64,000 nucleotides of DNA from Gekko japonicus (lineage: Eukaryota): assembly GCF_001447785.1 (NCBI RefSeq), contig NW_015172007.1, positions 366,638-430,637 on the forward strand, given 5' to 3'. Position numbers and translations under genes: made by a program. Under the pieces are notes generated by a model that had not been told where the DNA came from, did not search any database, and was given only the letters and a program-made list of their open reading frames with translations. Position 1 is the first letter of the stretch, and the number at the start of each line of letters is the position of its first letter. Shown piece after piece: positions 22,125-35,208 of this stretch.

Positions 22125-24014
22125 GTGTTCCTTTATGGAAAATATCTATGGCATATTGGGTTGCATCCTATGATTCCATTCTGCCAGCACAAGGAGTCTA
22201 AGCAGCCTCCACCACCACCAGAAAGCTTCTTCAGGAAGAAAACTCATCAGACTAATGAAGTATCTGGATACAACCCATTGTAATCAGTCAAATTCTGTTC
22301 CCAAAAGTGATTATGTTAGATTGAAAGCCCTATCATTTCCAGAGGATTTAAATGTGTTTATTTTTTAAATTGAAGCGATTTGCCCCAGTATATAATTTTT
22401 TGCAAGTCCGTGGCTAACCCCACAAAGGTTTCTCTACTCACTTCAAATTGGGACGCTCCATTCATGTCATACAAAGTCAGTGGGAAAGCTATTTGCTAGA
22501 TTTTCCATGTGTGTGGCATTATCTGGCAAGTAACCAATCCAAATGGATGTATCTGCACTTGATTGACAGCAAAGGATCATTTTATTTGAAGGAAGAAGTT
22601 GTATAGGTTCTGTGCAAGAAAGCTTGTGCAGCTTGTCCTTCACATTTCCCTTCTGGAAGTTGCAGTGCTCTGCCACCGGATTTGGAAGGGACACTGTGGT
22701 CAACTGGCTACATAGGAAATAGTGTGTTCAAAGTTACCCTTGACTTCAATGGAACTTTTATCTATTAATGTGTTTTGGCTCTGTGTTTAAAACATTTAAT
22801 CCAGTGCACTTAGAAATGTGCTTAAATGTCGGCATCATGGGGAACTCTCATAAGACTTAGATCTGTGCATGGTGCATCTATGAATTGTAGCTCATAGTGT
22901 AGTAAATGTAACCAAGAATGGCAGAGGGTTTTTGCTTCCTTATTAGAACAGTTTTTCTCTTCCAAGTATGAATTAAGATCAAGAATTTGTCCTATCACCA
23001 TTATCTTGAAGATTCATATTTTAGTGCTGCACCATTTTAAAGAAAAAGATGTCATACCTAAATATTTTCCCTAAAAAAGAAAATGTTAAGAGTTACAATA
23101 TGTTGCTTGCATGACTATTTTAATACTATAAATTGAAACCTCAGAAATATCACAAAGAGAACATCATTTTAAAAGCATTTGTTCCTGCCAGACACTTGTA
23201 AATGAAACAAGCGTTTTGGAGAACAAAAAGGCTATTAGTAAATGTCAGCTGTGAGAAGAATACAGAACAGACCTTTTCTGCTCTAAACAAAACTAAAATA
23301 TATAGCAGCGTAAACTAGATCTGGGCAGCATACTGGGCCAATGTTCTGATAAAGCTCTGTAATAAGTCATTTTGTAATTGTGAAGCAGGATTTATGAGGG
23401 CCGAAGTCTGCGTGCTGCCTTTGTTTTTGTTCTGTATTCCCAAAGCCTTAACTTTAGAGCAGACCTTCTGAACTCATGTGCATTTACACGGATTGGATTG
23501 CGCGCACACACACAAAATCAAATGACATCATCCACCTATCCATAAAAGGTCAGAGCTTAAATTACTCTTCCATGGATGTTCTCATTTACTAGAAACCGTA
23601 AGGGAAATCTCCAGCCTTTGTGGAAGAGTTTATGCTGAAGCAACATTTTTGGCCTGCTATGCATAAAACTTTCATATGTCATGTGCCTCTAAATTTGTCC
23701 ATTGGAATTGATTTCCTATCTTTTAAAAACTACAACTGAAACACACATGTTTACAGACTGTTGGGTGAAAGCATAACAAAAAGTGTGAACTGAATTGTAC
23801 TTCAATCTTCCACAGAACAAATATTCTTTTGTACATTTATTATATCTGAAGGGGCTCTTTTAAGTAAAAGCTGAAAGGAGAGCCTTTTTTACATTGTTGT
23901 TAATTTTTTCTTATAAACCACTGATGACACAGTTCTAGCAACTAACAGGTCACTTAATGCACTTTAAAAAAATATTGTTGAAACAAGCAATTTTATTCCA
24001 TTTCAAAGAATAGT

Positions 24015-24225
24015 GAACACATGAAGTTGCCTTCTGCTGAATCAGACTGCTGGTCCATCCGGATCAGTATTTTCTTCTACTCACACCGGCAGTACCTCTC
24101 CAGGGTCTCAGCTGGACTTACACATTATTTATTACCTGATCCTTTCAACTGGAGAAAGGATTGAAACTGCATGCCAAGGCCCCTCTGCATGCCAAGCAGA
24201 TGCTCTATCTCTTACCTACAGCTCC
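24015..24225 (-). mobile_element. Squam2-like tRNA SINE
   Basis: gaacacatgaagttgcctt tail and ctgcatgccaagcagatgctcta head. Reverse homolog of 8143-8316. Confidence 0.65.
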
Positions 24226-24494
24226 GGCCCTAATAGAAGTTAGGAGATGTGGGGCACATTTGGGTCAGCCTAGGCCTGCTGCCTCTCCATACCTGATGAG
24301 ATTATATTATGTTATAAATGGGGAGCTTCTGGAGCAATGCAAGCAATAACTGATTTCTAGTCTCATCGGCCTCATTCTCCATTTTTTTGTTGTTACCCCT
24401 CCTGCCACCTCAATTTACTGACACAGTAACAGAGTTCCCCTAGGAATGAATCTGTTTAGTGGGAAGAGCAGGCCCATTTCCTAACAGCCTGCGA

Positions 24495-25295
24495 TCTATC
24501 GATCTAATTTATTACAGCAAGAGCCAGTAAAACAGTACAATTCTGATATAAGAAGGATTAAAACAGTAATAACATAGGAATAGTATAAAAACATTAACAA
24601 AGAAAATTAATAAAATTAGTAAAATAAAATAATGTTAAGAGAATCATACAATTTTTTCAGCAAAAATAAGTTTACATTTCCTAATAGCTAAGCAACAAAA
24701 TTTTGCCACAGCATAAGTCACTGAGCTCTGAACGTCTTCTAAGAGGAATTTACAAGGGACTTCTGGCCTAAAGTCAAGATAAGACTGCAGAGGACTAAAT
24801 CTAGACAGAAGGGATAGTATAAGATGGTCTCGTTCCTCCTGATAGAATCTGCAGAACAGGAGGACATGAGTAATTGATTCCACCATATTAGCCATGCATG
24901 GGCATATACATTCCTGCATTGGAACTCGAGTGAATTTACCTTGCAGTACAGCGGAAGGGAGTGCCTCAAAGTGGGCTCTGGAAAAGGCCCATCTATAGGG
25001 CTCATAGGTAATGTTAACTAAATAAGGGGCAGCAGTAAAATTAGGCCAAGATTTTATATTTCTGAAGTTCTTGGGTAGCAAAGCTTCTTCATTTTGTAAT
25101 TCAATATCACGAAGGCTCTGTGTGACAGCTGTTCTTGACTTGTATAGGCTTCCATAGAAGAGATCTTCTGGGAATAGGGCAATCTGATTTAACTGATTAA
25201 GAATTTGTGTGGACCAGGCAGGCTAAGGGTCCGAGGCTAAAAGGTAAGGTATTAAACCCTTTGGGCTGTAATGAATTTGTAGCCAGAGTCCTAAC
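24495..25295 (-). mobile_element. RTE-X-like LINE 3' fragment
   Basis: ORF 24644-25081 has the C-terminal Cys/His motif CICPC..VESITHVLLFCRFY, then an AT-rich 3'UTR with AATAAA and a (TAGA)-like tail. The clade call is tentative. Confidence 0.7.
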
Positions 25296-25719
25296 AGCCT
25301 GCAAGAGCAGAGCATTTCCCCCAAGGATGGTGCTGTCAAAGCACAGGAAGAAAGCAAGTGCTGGCTAGTTCTGGTTTTCCAGCTTTTTCATTGGCAGGAT
25401 GGGCAAATGACCCAGGTGTTTCAAACAGGGTTGATAGATTAGAAATACCAGCCAGGAGGTAAACAGAAGCAGCTGACTCGGCCCTCTCTGACAGGAAATC
25501 CTTTCTATTTTACTTCTACAAAAAAGGGCTGCATGTTTGTGATGGCCAATATTTCTTAAGCAAACGGGAAGTGACATTTTCATTTTGCCAGAGCAGTACA
25601 TCTTTCCTGTGCAAGTTCCAAGGTTACCAACCTCAAGGTTGGTCTTGGCAGTCTCCCATGATCACACTGATTACAAGACTATAGAACAGAGGTCCCCAAT
25701 GTGGTGCTCATGGGCACCG

Positions 25720-26045
25720 TCTAAGGTTGCCTCTCACAGTTCCGCAGGGCCTGTAAAACGGAGCTCTTCCGCCAGGCGTTCGATTAGGGGCCGCCACTGA
25801 GGGGTGTGCCCTGGAACATCTTCTGGCCGAACTTAGACCATCTCCTGGCTAGAGTTCCCGCTGGTTACTACCCCTAGTTAGGGATTGATTGGATTGCCGC
25901 CATAGTTAGTAATGTAACTGTTGTTGTTTACTTTTTTAAAACGATATTGTATTTATTAATTGTTTTAATTTTTTGTTATGTTATTTAATCTGTTAGCCGC
26001 CTTGAGCCTGCTTGTAAATACAAACAAAAATAAATAAATAAATTA
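25720..26045 (+). mobile_element. L2 LINE 3' end
   Basis: Encodes FRRACKTELFRQAF*, a typical L2 ORF2 C-terminus, then gttagccgccttgagc and an (AAAT)n tail. Confidence 0.8.
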
Positions 26046-27915
26046 AAAGTAGCACGGGGATGTTCTAGCAGTTTACAAAAACTTTATGGTAAAATCATAG
26101 AGTTTGTGTAAATCCCAGAGCATTTAAAAATGTCACAGCTGGTTTTTACTGGAAGTGATGTGAGCTTGCCGACACACCAGACCCCACCCACAATTCCTTC
26201 CTGGGGTTGCTGGTTGTAGCCTGCTAACCTTGTCTTGCCAAAGAGCTGTGTCTCCTTCAGCCAGGAGAGAGTCAGTGGTCCCATCCACTCCAGACAGCTG
26301 TGGCAGGATCAACTCAATCCGGGAGTCTATTGGCAAATCCCACCTCTAAGAGGTGAGCTGAAGTGGCATTGAAACTAGGGTTGGCTGCCCCCACCTGACC
26401 ATGAACATGATCAGGCCTGTAGCCAGGATTTTGTGGCTTGTGGGGCAATTTTTTTCCTGGTGGGGCTGAAGTTCTCAGCGCAGAAAAAAAAAGCCATTTA
26501 GCCAACAGAAAGCTGTTACTGGAATAGATCTCTAAATTGCAAGGTGTCAACCACTTTAGATGACAGTTCTCAGCTGCTGCAAGTTAATCACTTCTGCCAG
26601 CCTAAGCAGCAATTCTGATCATGAGCCGGCAGGTGGGGGTGATGACTTCTAGAGTCAAGAAAGCTAACACTTAGGCAAAAAACTCTCTTAAAGGAGACCA
26701 GTTTCTTGATGCAGAATTAGAAGGTGGCCTATAGGTCACCTACTCCAACCCCCTTGCTCAGTGCGGGAATTAGTCAACTAAAGCACCCCACTCTACTTAA
26801 AGGAGCACACACATTTCAAAACATGTTTTTAAATGATTGAAAAAAGCATTTACAGGAGAAATCCTTGTGGGACTGTGCCTTTAAGAAAGGGGGCAGAGCC
26901 CCCAAAAGCCCACCATAGCTATGGGCCTGGACAAGATGACAGAGTTTCATGGCTAAATTGCTTAATGCATCGAACTGGGGCTTCTATTGAAGTCATCAGA
27001 TCTTCCAAATTCAAATGTGTTTTTATATTTCCAGTGGTAATTGGTAATGACATCTCTTGCCTTGGCCAAGAAAATACTGGCTAGAGCTTTGTCTAAAGGC
27101 TAGAATACTTTATTTGTACATAGGGAAGGTGCTCATGTGCTTTTAAAACTGTATTTCTATGTGTTTTTAACTTTATAATGTTTGTTTTCACAGCAGTTTG
27201 TCTGCGTTCCCTTTTGGGCATCCTAATCATAATGGCCTTTGGTCCTTCACAATAAATGTTATCTTCAGTGGTAGTGACATCACCACATCAAACGTTGGTC
27301 TCTTTTCAAAAATCATTTATGTTACTAGCTAAATCTGGCCAGAATCTCTCAAAGGTAGGGAAAAAGAGGGATGGTTGGAAAGAAAAAAGAAGGGTGGATT
27401 GGCTTGGGGAGAGAAAGAAAGGGGAAGATGGGAGGGGGAAGGAAGCAAAGGTGGGAAAATGCTCCCTCCCCGCAAGTTTCTTGCGAGTCCCCACTTGTCA
27501 TCTACTAGTTGCAGCATATCAAACTGATTTTTAAAGATAAAGCTACAAGTTCAAAGCCAGGAAAGCCATTATATGTGATCTTGTCTATTTTGTAGGTCTC
27601 TTGAACAGAGGTTGCTGAACTGTATTTTGAGCAGGGCTTCAGGAGGCCCAGGACCACATTTTGTGGTTGGATTTGGGTTAGTAGATAATACAGCATATTT
27701 AGGTATATAGAATATCAACATAATAAATGATGGTTTCATGATCAATTAATAGCTAATGAATGGTAGTACTGACTTGTGAACTAGAATTTCTGTAAGCCAC
27801 TGCACTGAATGTCAAAGGTGAAAGGTCATATGGACACAATCTTGTTTGCCCATTAATCTTCATAAATATGAAAAAATATACCCGGTGCCCCCAGTCTTGT
27901 TGGGACCCAAGGAAG

Positions 27916-28333
27916 TAGGGTTGCCAAGTCCATCTTCCACCCCCAGTGGGGGACTTTGGGGGCGTTCCTGGAAGGGGTGGGGCATCCCCAACGTGATGAC
28001 GTCACGTTGGGGACGTCTGCCGCCCCACCCCCCACCCGGCTGTGCGCGGGATCTCCAGAAACAGCAGTTCTCTGCACTTAAAGTAGCAGGCAGTCGGCAT
28101 TTCCCCTTTAAGAGAAGCTGCGTTTCCCTTTTAAGAACGAAGCTGGCTTTTCCCTGCAAGCTTGCAGAGTTCGTGCTTGGGATGAAACACGGGTTGCACA
28201 CCCTTAAAGGGAGAGAGTTGGGTGGCTGTGGGTGTTGGGGGTGGGGCTTCCCCCGCCGGCCATCTGGCCGGCAGCGGGTAGAACCCCCCCAAAATGGGGG
28301 ACCCCTGGCAAACCGGGGGGGTTGGCAACCCTG
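27916..28333. mobile_element. Young CpG-rich hAT (Blackjack-like) MITE
   Basis: TAGGGTTGCCAA...TTGGCAACCCTG and a perfect 8-bp TSD CAAGGAAG. Confidence 0.93.
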
Positions 28334-31029
28334 CAAGGAAGTTTGCCCCCTTTGCTCCACATTCTGCACCCCTGGTTTTGAGTAACCAAGGGGGGTATCA
28401 GATTTTCATGGATTCCACAGTGAAGGAGCAGGATGAAGCATTCCTGAAATATAGCTTTCCACAGAGCGGGCAGTTTCAGATCAGGTATTTTGTGGTTGCC
28501 TCTCAGTTCACATGGGCCAACAGAGCAGCCCAGTAGTCTTGGCCTATATGAACTGAGGGCATATCTTAAAACCCTCCACAGAATCACTTGTAATGTGTCG
28601 AGTGGCTGTTGCTTGGCAGGGAAATGTATGTAGAAAAACTTCCTTGAAGATACAAAGCTTAAAAACCACTGCACTAAAAGAACAAGTTCCATGGCCAGTA
28701 GAATTTCTGTCTAGATGATTTTATTCTTAAACATGACATGTTTAAAACCAGTTTACAGCTGGACTGCTGAGTAGGCTGTTCCTGATGTGATCACCATCTA
28801 ATTCCCAGATTTTTCTAGTTAGGGTGGGGGGAAGCAGTCCATAACTAATGCATTTACTTTAAAATTTTCCATCCCCTGAAATCACTAACTATACAACAAA
28901 TTGTTCTTTACACGGCCTGGTCTACAGCAAATGCTGTTAGAAACATTTACTGAAAAGCAGTAAAAGAAAACTTCTTTTTAATGGCATTGTGTGCGTGTGC
29001 GTGCGTGTAACATTGCACTCATATTAATCATTACACAAACATCCAACAGTGGCTGTTTAATGTGTATTTAAAGTTATGGCTAGGAAATCTTTAAATAATA
29101 TTGAGGAAGTAGGTACAATGCCTGGAAATGTGAAAATTAAGGTTCCTTGAAATATCATGGCACTTTAAATATTGCATAATAGTAAGACGCTATATGAAAG
29201 CACTGCAGGCTAAATGCCCAAGCCTGATTTACTCAGAAGAAGTCCCAATCTGTTAAATTGGAGTTATTTCCAGCTGCAGTCTTAGCTATGATTGTGGGGA
29301 AGTAGTTGAACTCAGTGAGACTTATTTCTGGAGTAAGGCAAATTGCATGCTACTAGAAATTCTTGGCCAGGATACATCAAGGAAAAATTGTGCCTGGAAA
29401 AGTGTTGTTTTTTTAAAAAAAAAAAATGATAAAGGCATAATACAACACACAATATACACTAACTTATGGTGCCATATGTGGAAGCATCGTACTACTTATC
29501 AGCGCTACCTACCAACTGCTTATTGGCATGGAAAACGCAATGCAAATAATTTCCCCTCCCAGAAATCTTCCTTATTAATGCATATGGAATAGCAAGTTTT
29601 TACATATAAAATAACATGTATGGTGAGATATCTCTCTGTGAACATGTAAATCTCCATGTGCAGGAGATCACTGCATACATTACAGCACGATATGCACTGG
29701 ATTCTTGACCAGGATATGTATCTACTAGCCTGAAACCAAGTAATGGTGGCCAGTCTTACTCACTGAAGAGCACGTGCCGAGCTACAAGTTACAAAGTCCT
29801 CAAGCCTTGTCTGAGTCTGCCCTGAAGACTTTCAGTCAGATGATATTTGATTACCCCACTGGTAACCCAGTTCCCAGGCACATGGGGGCATGACTTGGTT
29901 GGTACAATGGCACATGGGTAGAAGGGGTTTATCCCTCCCCTCCCCTCTACAGTCTTCCTGACTTTCTTATTTTCCTTGTAGGAGAAATCTATATGTACCT
30001 CCTCAGTACACATGGAACTCCCAGTAGGACAAATAGCACCCCGTGGGGCGATTTCAGGTAAGGAAAACTGTGCAGGAGGAAAATGTAACCTTCTCTCCAT
30101 ACGCCATGATCCTGATCTGAATTGGGCCCTGACCACTTGAGAAATCACATCTGACTGACAGTAAAAGGTAAAGCCCTTCAGAACAGAGTACTTGAGCCAC
30201 TGTATAAATTGAATTGTTTTGTTAATTCGTTTTATTTATTTTAAACATTTATATACCACCTTTCCACAATGCTCAAGACAGCTAACAATGTAAGAGATCA
30301 TGACAATCCTATATAACCAAAAAAAATCAGAAAACTGGCCTGTATGGCTACACTTCTCCATGCAAGCATGAATGTAGGGACATCCTCACATGGAGAAAAC
30401 TTAGTGGTACATCATATTATGTCTCTTTTAAAATGTATATGTAAATACACACACTACAAAAAACCTGTTCTGTACATTGTTCAGTTGGGGTGGGGGAAAC
30501 TTGACAGGGTTCAGGAATTATCTGGGCTCACAGCTTCATTTTCAAATGAAATGCTAAAAATTGATGTTAATCAGCAAAGCTCCACTGGCAGTAATGGAGC
30601 AGATTTCACTTACACCAAGCCAAAGAGTTTGCTTAAATGCAGATTCTTATGTAGTTTTAAATACCAGAAACATTAATCTGGCAAGGAGCTGTCTTGGGAA
30701 AATGCCAGAAATGGCTTCATTATTGTTCCCTAGACAGATTTACCCCCTCCCCTTAAATTTTTCTTCTAATCCATGGAATTATTCCCCAGGCTCTCAAACC
30801 ATACCCTTTCGCATTTTTCATCCAATATCTTTCTCCCCTCTTGCCTCATACACCTGATTTTATATATATAGCAGCAAAGCCCTTCCAAAAATACCAAAAC
30901 CCTTTAATTCTTTCTGAACTGCATACAGTTCTCAAATGTCTAGTTTCGAGGACCTTTATTCAAAACATTTGTTTTTGGTATTTGTATTTATATCAGAGGG
31001 GATTAATCTTTTGGTTTGCCATAATTAAA

Positions 31030-31030
31030 T

Positions 31031-31112
<82 letters not shown>
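31030..31112. repeat. (TTTC)n microsatellite
   Basis: About 20 units. Explains the FFLS-repeat ORF. Confidence 0.98.
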
Positions 31113-31114
<2 letters not shown>

Positions 31115-31198
31115 TTTTAGATGCCTGGATTTAGGATCACTTTGACCCCATTTAGGTTCTTAATCATTTAGCTGTCAATTACACAATAAAGTCTACAG

Positions 31199-31776
31199 CA
31201 GGGGTGTCAAACATAAGGCCCGGAGCCCAGAACTGGCCCATCCAGGGCTATTATACAGCTTGCGAGCAGCTGGTGCAAGGGAGGGAACAGGAGGCTGCTT
31301 GGGGGTGGGTGGGCAGAGCCACTCCAATTGTGGCTTCAGCGTGGCGGGACAACCTCTTCTGCAGCAGTCAAGCCGAACCCCTTCACTTCAGGGACTAGTT
31401 AGTTGAGTGCCCCTGCAGTCGCATTCATACCTCTCCACTCAGCCTGCAGCTCCGAGGATGCTGTCCCAGGTGGCCTCAGGGATCAGGCTCTGCTTGTGAG
31501 GGAGTCTGCAGACAATCCTCTGTTGGGGCATGGGAGCAGCTGCCCAGCACTGCATTGCTAGCTCTCCAGTCTACCCATGCGGGTTTTCCTCTACACCCCC
31601 TTCCCAGCCCATGGGGCCTTGCGGTGAGGACACACCAACTCGGAGCTTACCAGTTGCTTTATAAAATTTATATCTCTAGTACCAAGCATTATGTTTTATG
31701 GCATACATGACCTGGCCTGACAAAGTGACATTTATGTCAGATCCAGCCCTCATAACAAATGAATTCGACACCTCTG
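31199..31776. mobile_element. Non-autonomous hAT-Charlie-like element
   Basis: CAGGGGTGTCAAAC...ATTCGACACCTCTG termini, TSD gtctacag/gtctatag fitting the Charlie NTCTANAN preference, and subterminal GGCCC motifs. Confidence 0.88.
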
Positions 31777-31919
31777 GTCTATAGAGTCTTCCTCTTGTTT
31801 GTCTCTGATAGCTATCATTCCAGATCTTCTGTAACTCCTTTGGCTAACAAGAGACATGTGAGGTGTTCATCTTGCATTTTTGGCTGTACATTGGGGACAA
31901 CTGTTTCACATAATACCTT

Positions 31920-32400
31920 TCTGGGTTAAAAAAATTCACTAAACAATCAACGATTACATAGTAAACCTGAAAGGATAAAAAAACTGTGCAAAAAGACGCT
32001 AAGAAAAAATATAGAACAATTTACTAATGAGTAACAAAAGTATAACTGATAGTAATACACTAAGAATACCACTTAAGTAGTATTTACAGAAATTCAACTG
32101 GTAAATCCTAATTTTTTTTCAGAAGTCCAACAGGTAAGTTATCAACAATCCAACAAATAAGTCTACAGTTTCTCAATAATACAACAGATGCAGTGTTTAC
32201 AAAAATCACACAGGTGAAACCAATACTTATACAGGTAAGTTTTCAACAGTCCAACTGGTAAGTAGACAATACTTGAAATCCAACAGGTAAGTCTACACTG
32301 GAGACGAAGACTCCAGATTTCATAACTTCGTTTCGAATAGTCTTCCTCAGTAGAGGCTGATTAGGGAACTCTTAAAGGACTCATCAATGTTTCCAAGGTA
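31920..32400 (-). mobile_element. Penelope-like retroelement remnant with a hammerhead-like motif
   Basis: Minus strand has CTGAGGA-AGACTATTC-GAAAC followed by a T-rich 3' region. Boundaries approximate. Confidence 0.55.
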
Positions 32401-32550
32401 CAATACAATTTGTATTGTAAATTTGTTATTGTATTTTACTGTTTTATACTTGCGTTTTTATTGTTATAATCTTGGCACATTGTGGCCTTGTCAGCCGCCC
32501 TGAGCCTTCGGGGTAGGGGGGGATATAAATCTAAGGATAAATAAATAAAG
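32400..32550 (+). mobile_element. L2-type 3' tail
   Basis: tgtcagccgccctgagccttcggggtagggggg atataaat...(AAAT)n. Confidence 0.7.
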
Positions 32551-32964
32551 GTAAACAACAGCAGCAAAACAGCTTTCCAATTTATCAGGAGAAATATATT
32601 AATAGGACAGCCAGTCAATATTCAGAGAGGAAAAACCTTCCAAGTCTTATGTTGCTGGTATGTATTTTTCACACCTTTGTTAGATAGAGGGATTTTTTTT
32701 AAATCTCATTAGGATCTTTCATATCAATCTACCATGATGGATGTCCAGATTTATGGTGATCCTTGTCTCCTCTGACAAGGCTACTGCCATTATAAAGAGC
32801 CCAGCTTCATTTGGGGAGACTGCACAGTTTAGTCAGTCCAAAGTGTATAATTTGCCAGTGACCTAATGTTCAGCTCTTTTCACTACAAATTGTGAATAAT
32901 TTCTAATGCTGCTTATTCGTTTGTTTGTTTGTTTTATTGACCACCCTTTTCACTGAAACTCAAG

Positions 32965-33165
32965 TAGGATTCCTAATTCTGGAGCTTTGGGGGTGGAGCC
33001 TGCAGAAGGTGGGGTTTGGAGAAGGGTGGGACCACAGCTGGTATAATACCATAAAATCCACTTTCCAAAGAAGCCATTTCATCCAGGGGAACTGGTTTCT
33101 GTGGTCTGGAGCTAAGTGACAATTCCACGAGATCTCCAGGCCCTACCTGGAGCTTTGCAGGCCTA
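32965..33165 (+). mobile_element. Blackjack-like MITE, older family, degraded ends
   Basis: Internal sequence matches 37681-37898. Confidence 0.7.
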
Positions 33166-33284
33166 GATTCAAGGTGGATTACAGAATATGTAACAGTGCA
33201 GTCAGAGACCATATTTCCTTGTTTCCTTCTCTCCTTCCCACACACCAATCAAACTGCCTTTTATCTGCCCCCCTCTACAGCTAC

Positions 33285-33512
33285 ATTATAATTTATTTAC
33301 TTCATACCCTGCCTTTCTCCCCAGTGGGGACCCAAGGCAGCTTTCAGCATTCTACTCTACTTTTTTATCCTCACAACTACCCTGTGCGGTAGGTTAGTCT
33401 TGAGATTGTTTGACTGGCCCTAGGTCACCCAATGAGCTTTCCACGGCATAGTGATTTGAACCTAGGTCTCCTAGAACCTAGTCTGAAACTCTAACTACTA
33501 TACCACACTGGG
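33285..33512 (-). mobile_element. Squam3-like SINE
   Basis: ctcacaactaccctgtgcggtagg core and taactactataccacactgg head. Confidence 0.75.
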
Positions 33513-34713
33513 TATCATGGGGTGGCTGCTCTTGAACGGTAGCAAGCAGCCAGTCCTGGGTGAGTCATGCAAGTTACATGGTATCAAGTTGCCTGGTGGT
33601 TGCTCCCAGGCCTGACCCCAATGGGACCTCTCTCAAAAGCTAAAGCAGCCCTTGAAAGGGCCCTGCCCGGTCTCCCCTCCCTGCCTTTTAGTCACATAAA
33701 CCAAGGCTTGACAGCCAGCAATATTGTTGTGGTTGCCTATGGCATCTGTTTCTTAAAGCTATAGGTGGTGCTTCTATAATTTTGGGAGGTTTTAACCATC
33801 CAATGTATTTTTGTTTGTTTTTTAGATTTCATATTTTCCTGCAAACTTGGGGCTTTTCTCAGGTTTGACGAAATATCTGTCTGTCATGGCCACAGTCTCC
33901 AGATTTACGTATCCATGTTGAGAATTAGCTGTATTGATGATATGAACAGCAAACTGTCTAAGCCAAGGAGTACAATGAACAATGTAGAAAGTGGAGTTAC
34001 AAAGGCATAAGATGATTGATTGGTATTATTGCTGCTTATTTGGTTTTAGTGAGGGTGGGTTTGTTTATTTAAGGCAGGTCTCTTAAAGTGTTTCTGGAGA
34101 TCAGCTGTAATTCCAGAATATCTCCAGGCCCCACCTGGAGGTTGGCAATCCTAGCTCAGGCATCCAGCCCAAGAAGGTAGTGTTTGCCACGGGCTGATGA
34201 TTATTTACGTCTTCTTGGTGTAAAGAAGGGTTCTTCTGACACCCTTACTCCATAAAACATTGACTGCGCCAGTGACCTAGTCAGTTTGTGTCCTCTGTCT
34301 AGATATTATGAGCCAAGATGGGCAAGAGTCAAAAATAGACATGACATGCTGCACACTTCCAAGCAACTTGGCTACATCCTTGGGCTACAGCAACTGAAAT
34401 TCATCCAAAAACATGATAAGACTGTGCTTCAATGACATTCTGAGGTTGATCCACTATCAAAACTGAGGCCAAGTTGCTGCAGATGTGAGCAATCATATCT
34501 GAGAAATGCTTAGCCGAAAGGTCACAGTGAGCTGTGGTGCAGTCCAGGTTTATATCAGGGGTCATATTTAATAGCCTCCTTGCTCTTTGGAACAGTTCCA
34601 TTGGAGAAGTACACATGCGTTTCTGCAATCACCACCAAAGCACAGGCACGCTCAGATTGTGTTTCCTCATATTCACTCTGAGTTTCTCTCTCTATTTGCA
34701 TTCTAGATGTTGT

Positions 34714-34960
34714 TGTCACAGGCTGGGCTGGGCTGGGCTGAGAGGCAGGAGTCAGGTCCGGTCCAAGGTCATAGCCAGGAAAGTCAGAACAAGAGCCGAA
34801 TCGCAAGTCTGAGAGAGTGGTCATCCGGAGCAGAGGTCAGGAAGCCAGGAGATCCGAACAAGAGCAGGGCCTGAGAACAGGAGCTAGAAGTGGATGCTAG
34901 GTCTGCACGGAGGTGACTCGCTTCCATGGGGAGCCTGATCCTGAGTTGGAGCTATATAGC
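34714..34960 (-). mobile_element. Partial Gypsy-like LTR
   Basis: Begins TGTCACA (a minus-strand ...TGTGACA end), has purine-rich aggcagg/gtcagg repeats, and ends at the TATA-like ctatatagc. The other half is missing. Confidence 0.5.
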
Positions 34961-35006
34961 TTTCTATGGTAAAACTATAGAGTTTCCAGTGGTTCCTAGA
35001 AAGACA

Positions 35007-35208
35007 TAGGGTTGCCGTCCTCCTGATGGGGGTGGGGATTCCCCCGATTTTAGCCTCCCCCAGTCCACCCACCATCACCCAACATGCCCAGTGTGATGAC
35101 ATCACCTCATGCCGGCCACATCGTTTGGGGAACGCTGAAGCATTCAGCCAAAAACTCTCTGGTGGGGTCAGGAGATCTTCCATTCCCAGTGAGTACCTGG
35201 CAACCCTA
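35007..35208. mobile_element. Blackjack-like MITE
   Basis: TAGGGTTGCC...TGGCAACCCTA with an internal gtgatgacatcac palindrome. Confidence 0.8.

Noticed and set aside
27846-28692. Cluster of 160-180 aa ORFs on both strands
   Set aside because: They span a GC-rich MITE with TIRs and TSD. Low stop frequency explains their length.
30841-31134. ORF with an FFLS repeat resembling a membrane protein
   Set aside because: Translation of the (TTTC)n microsatellite.
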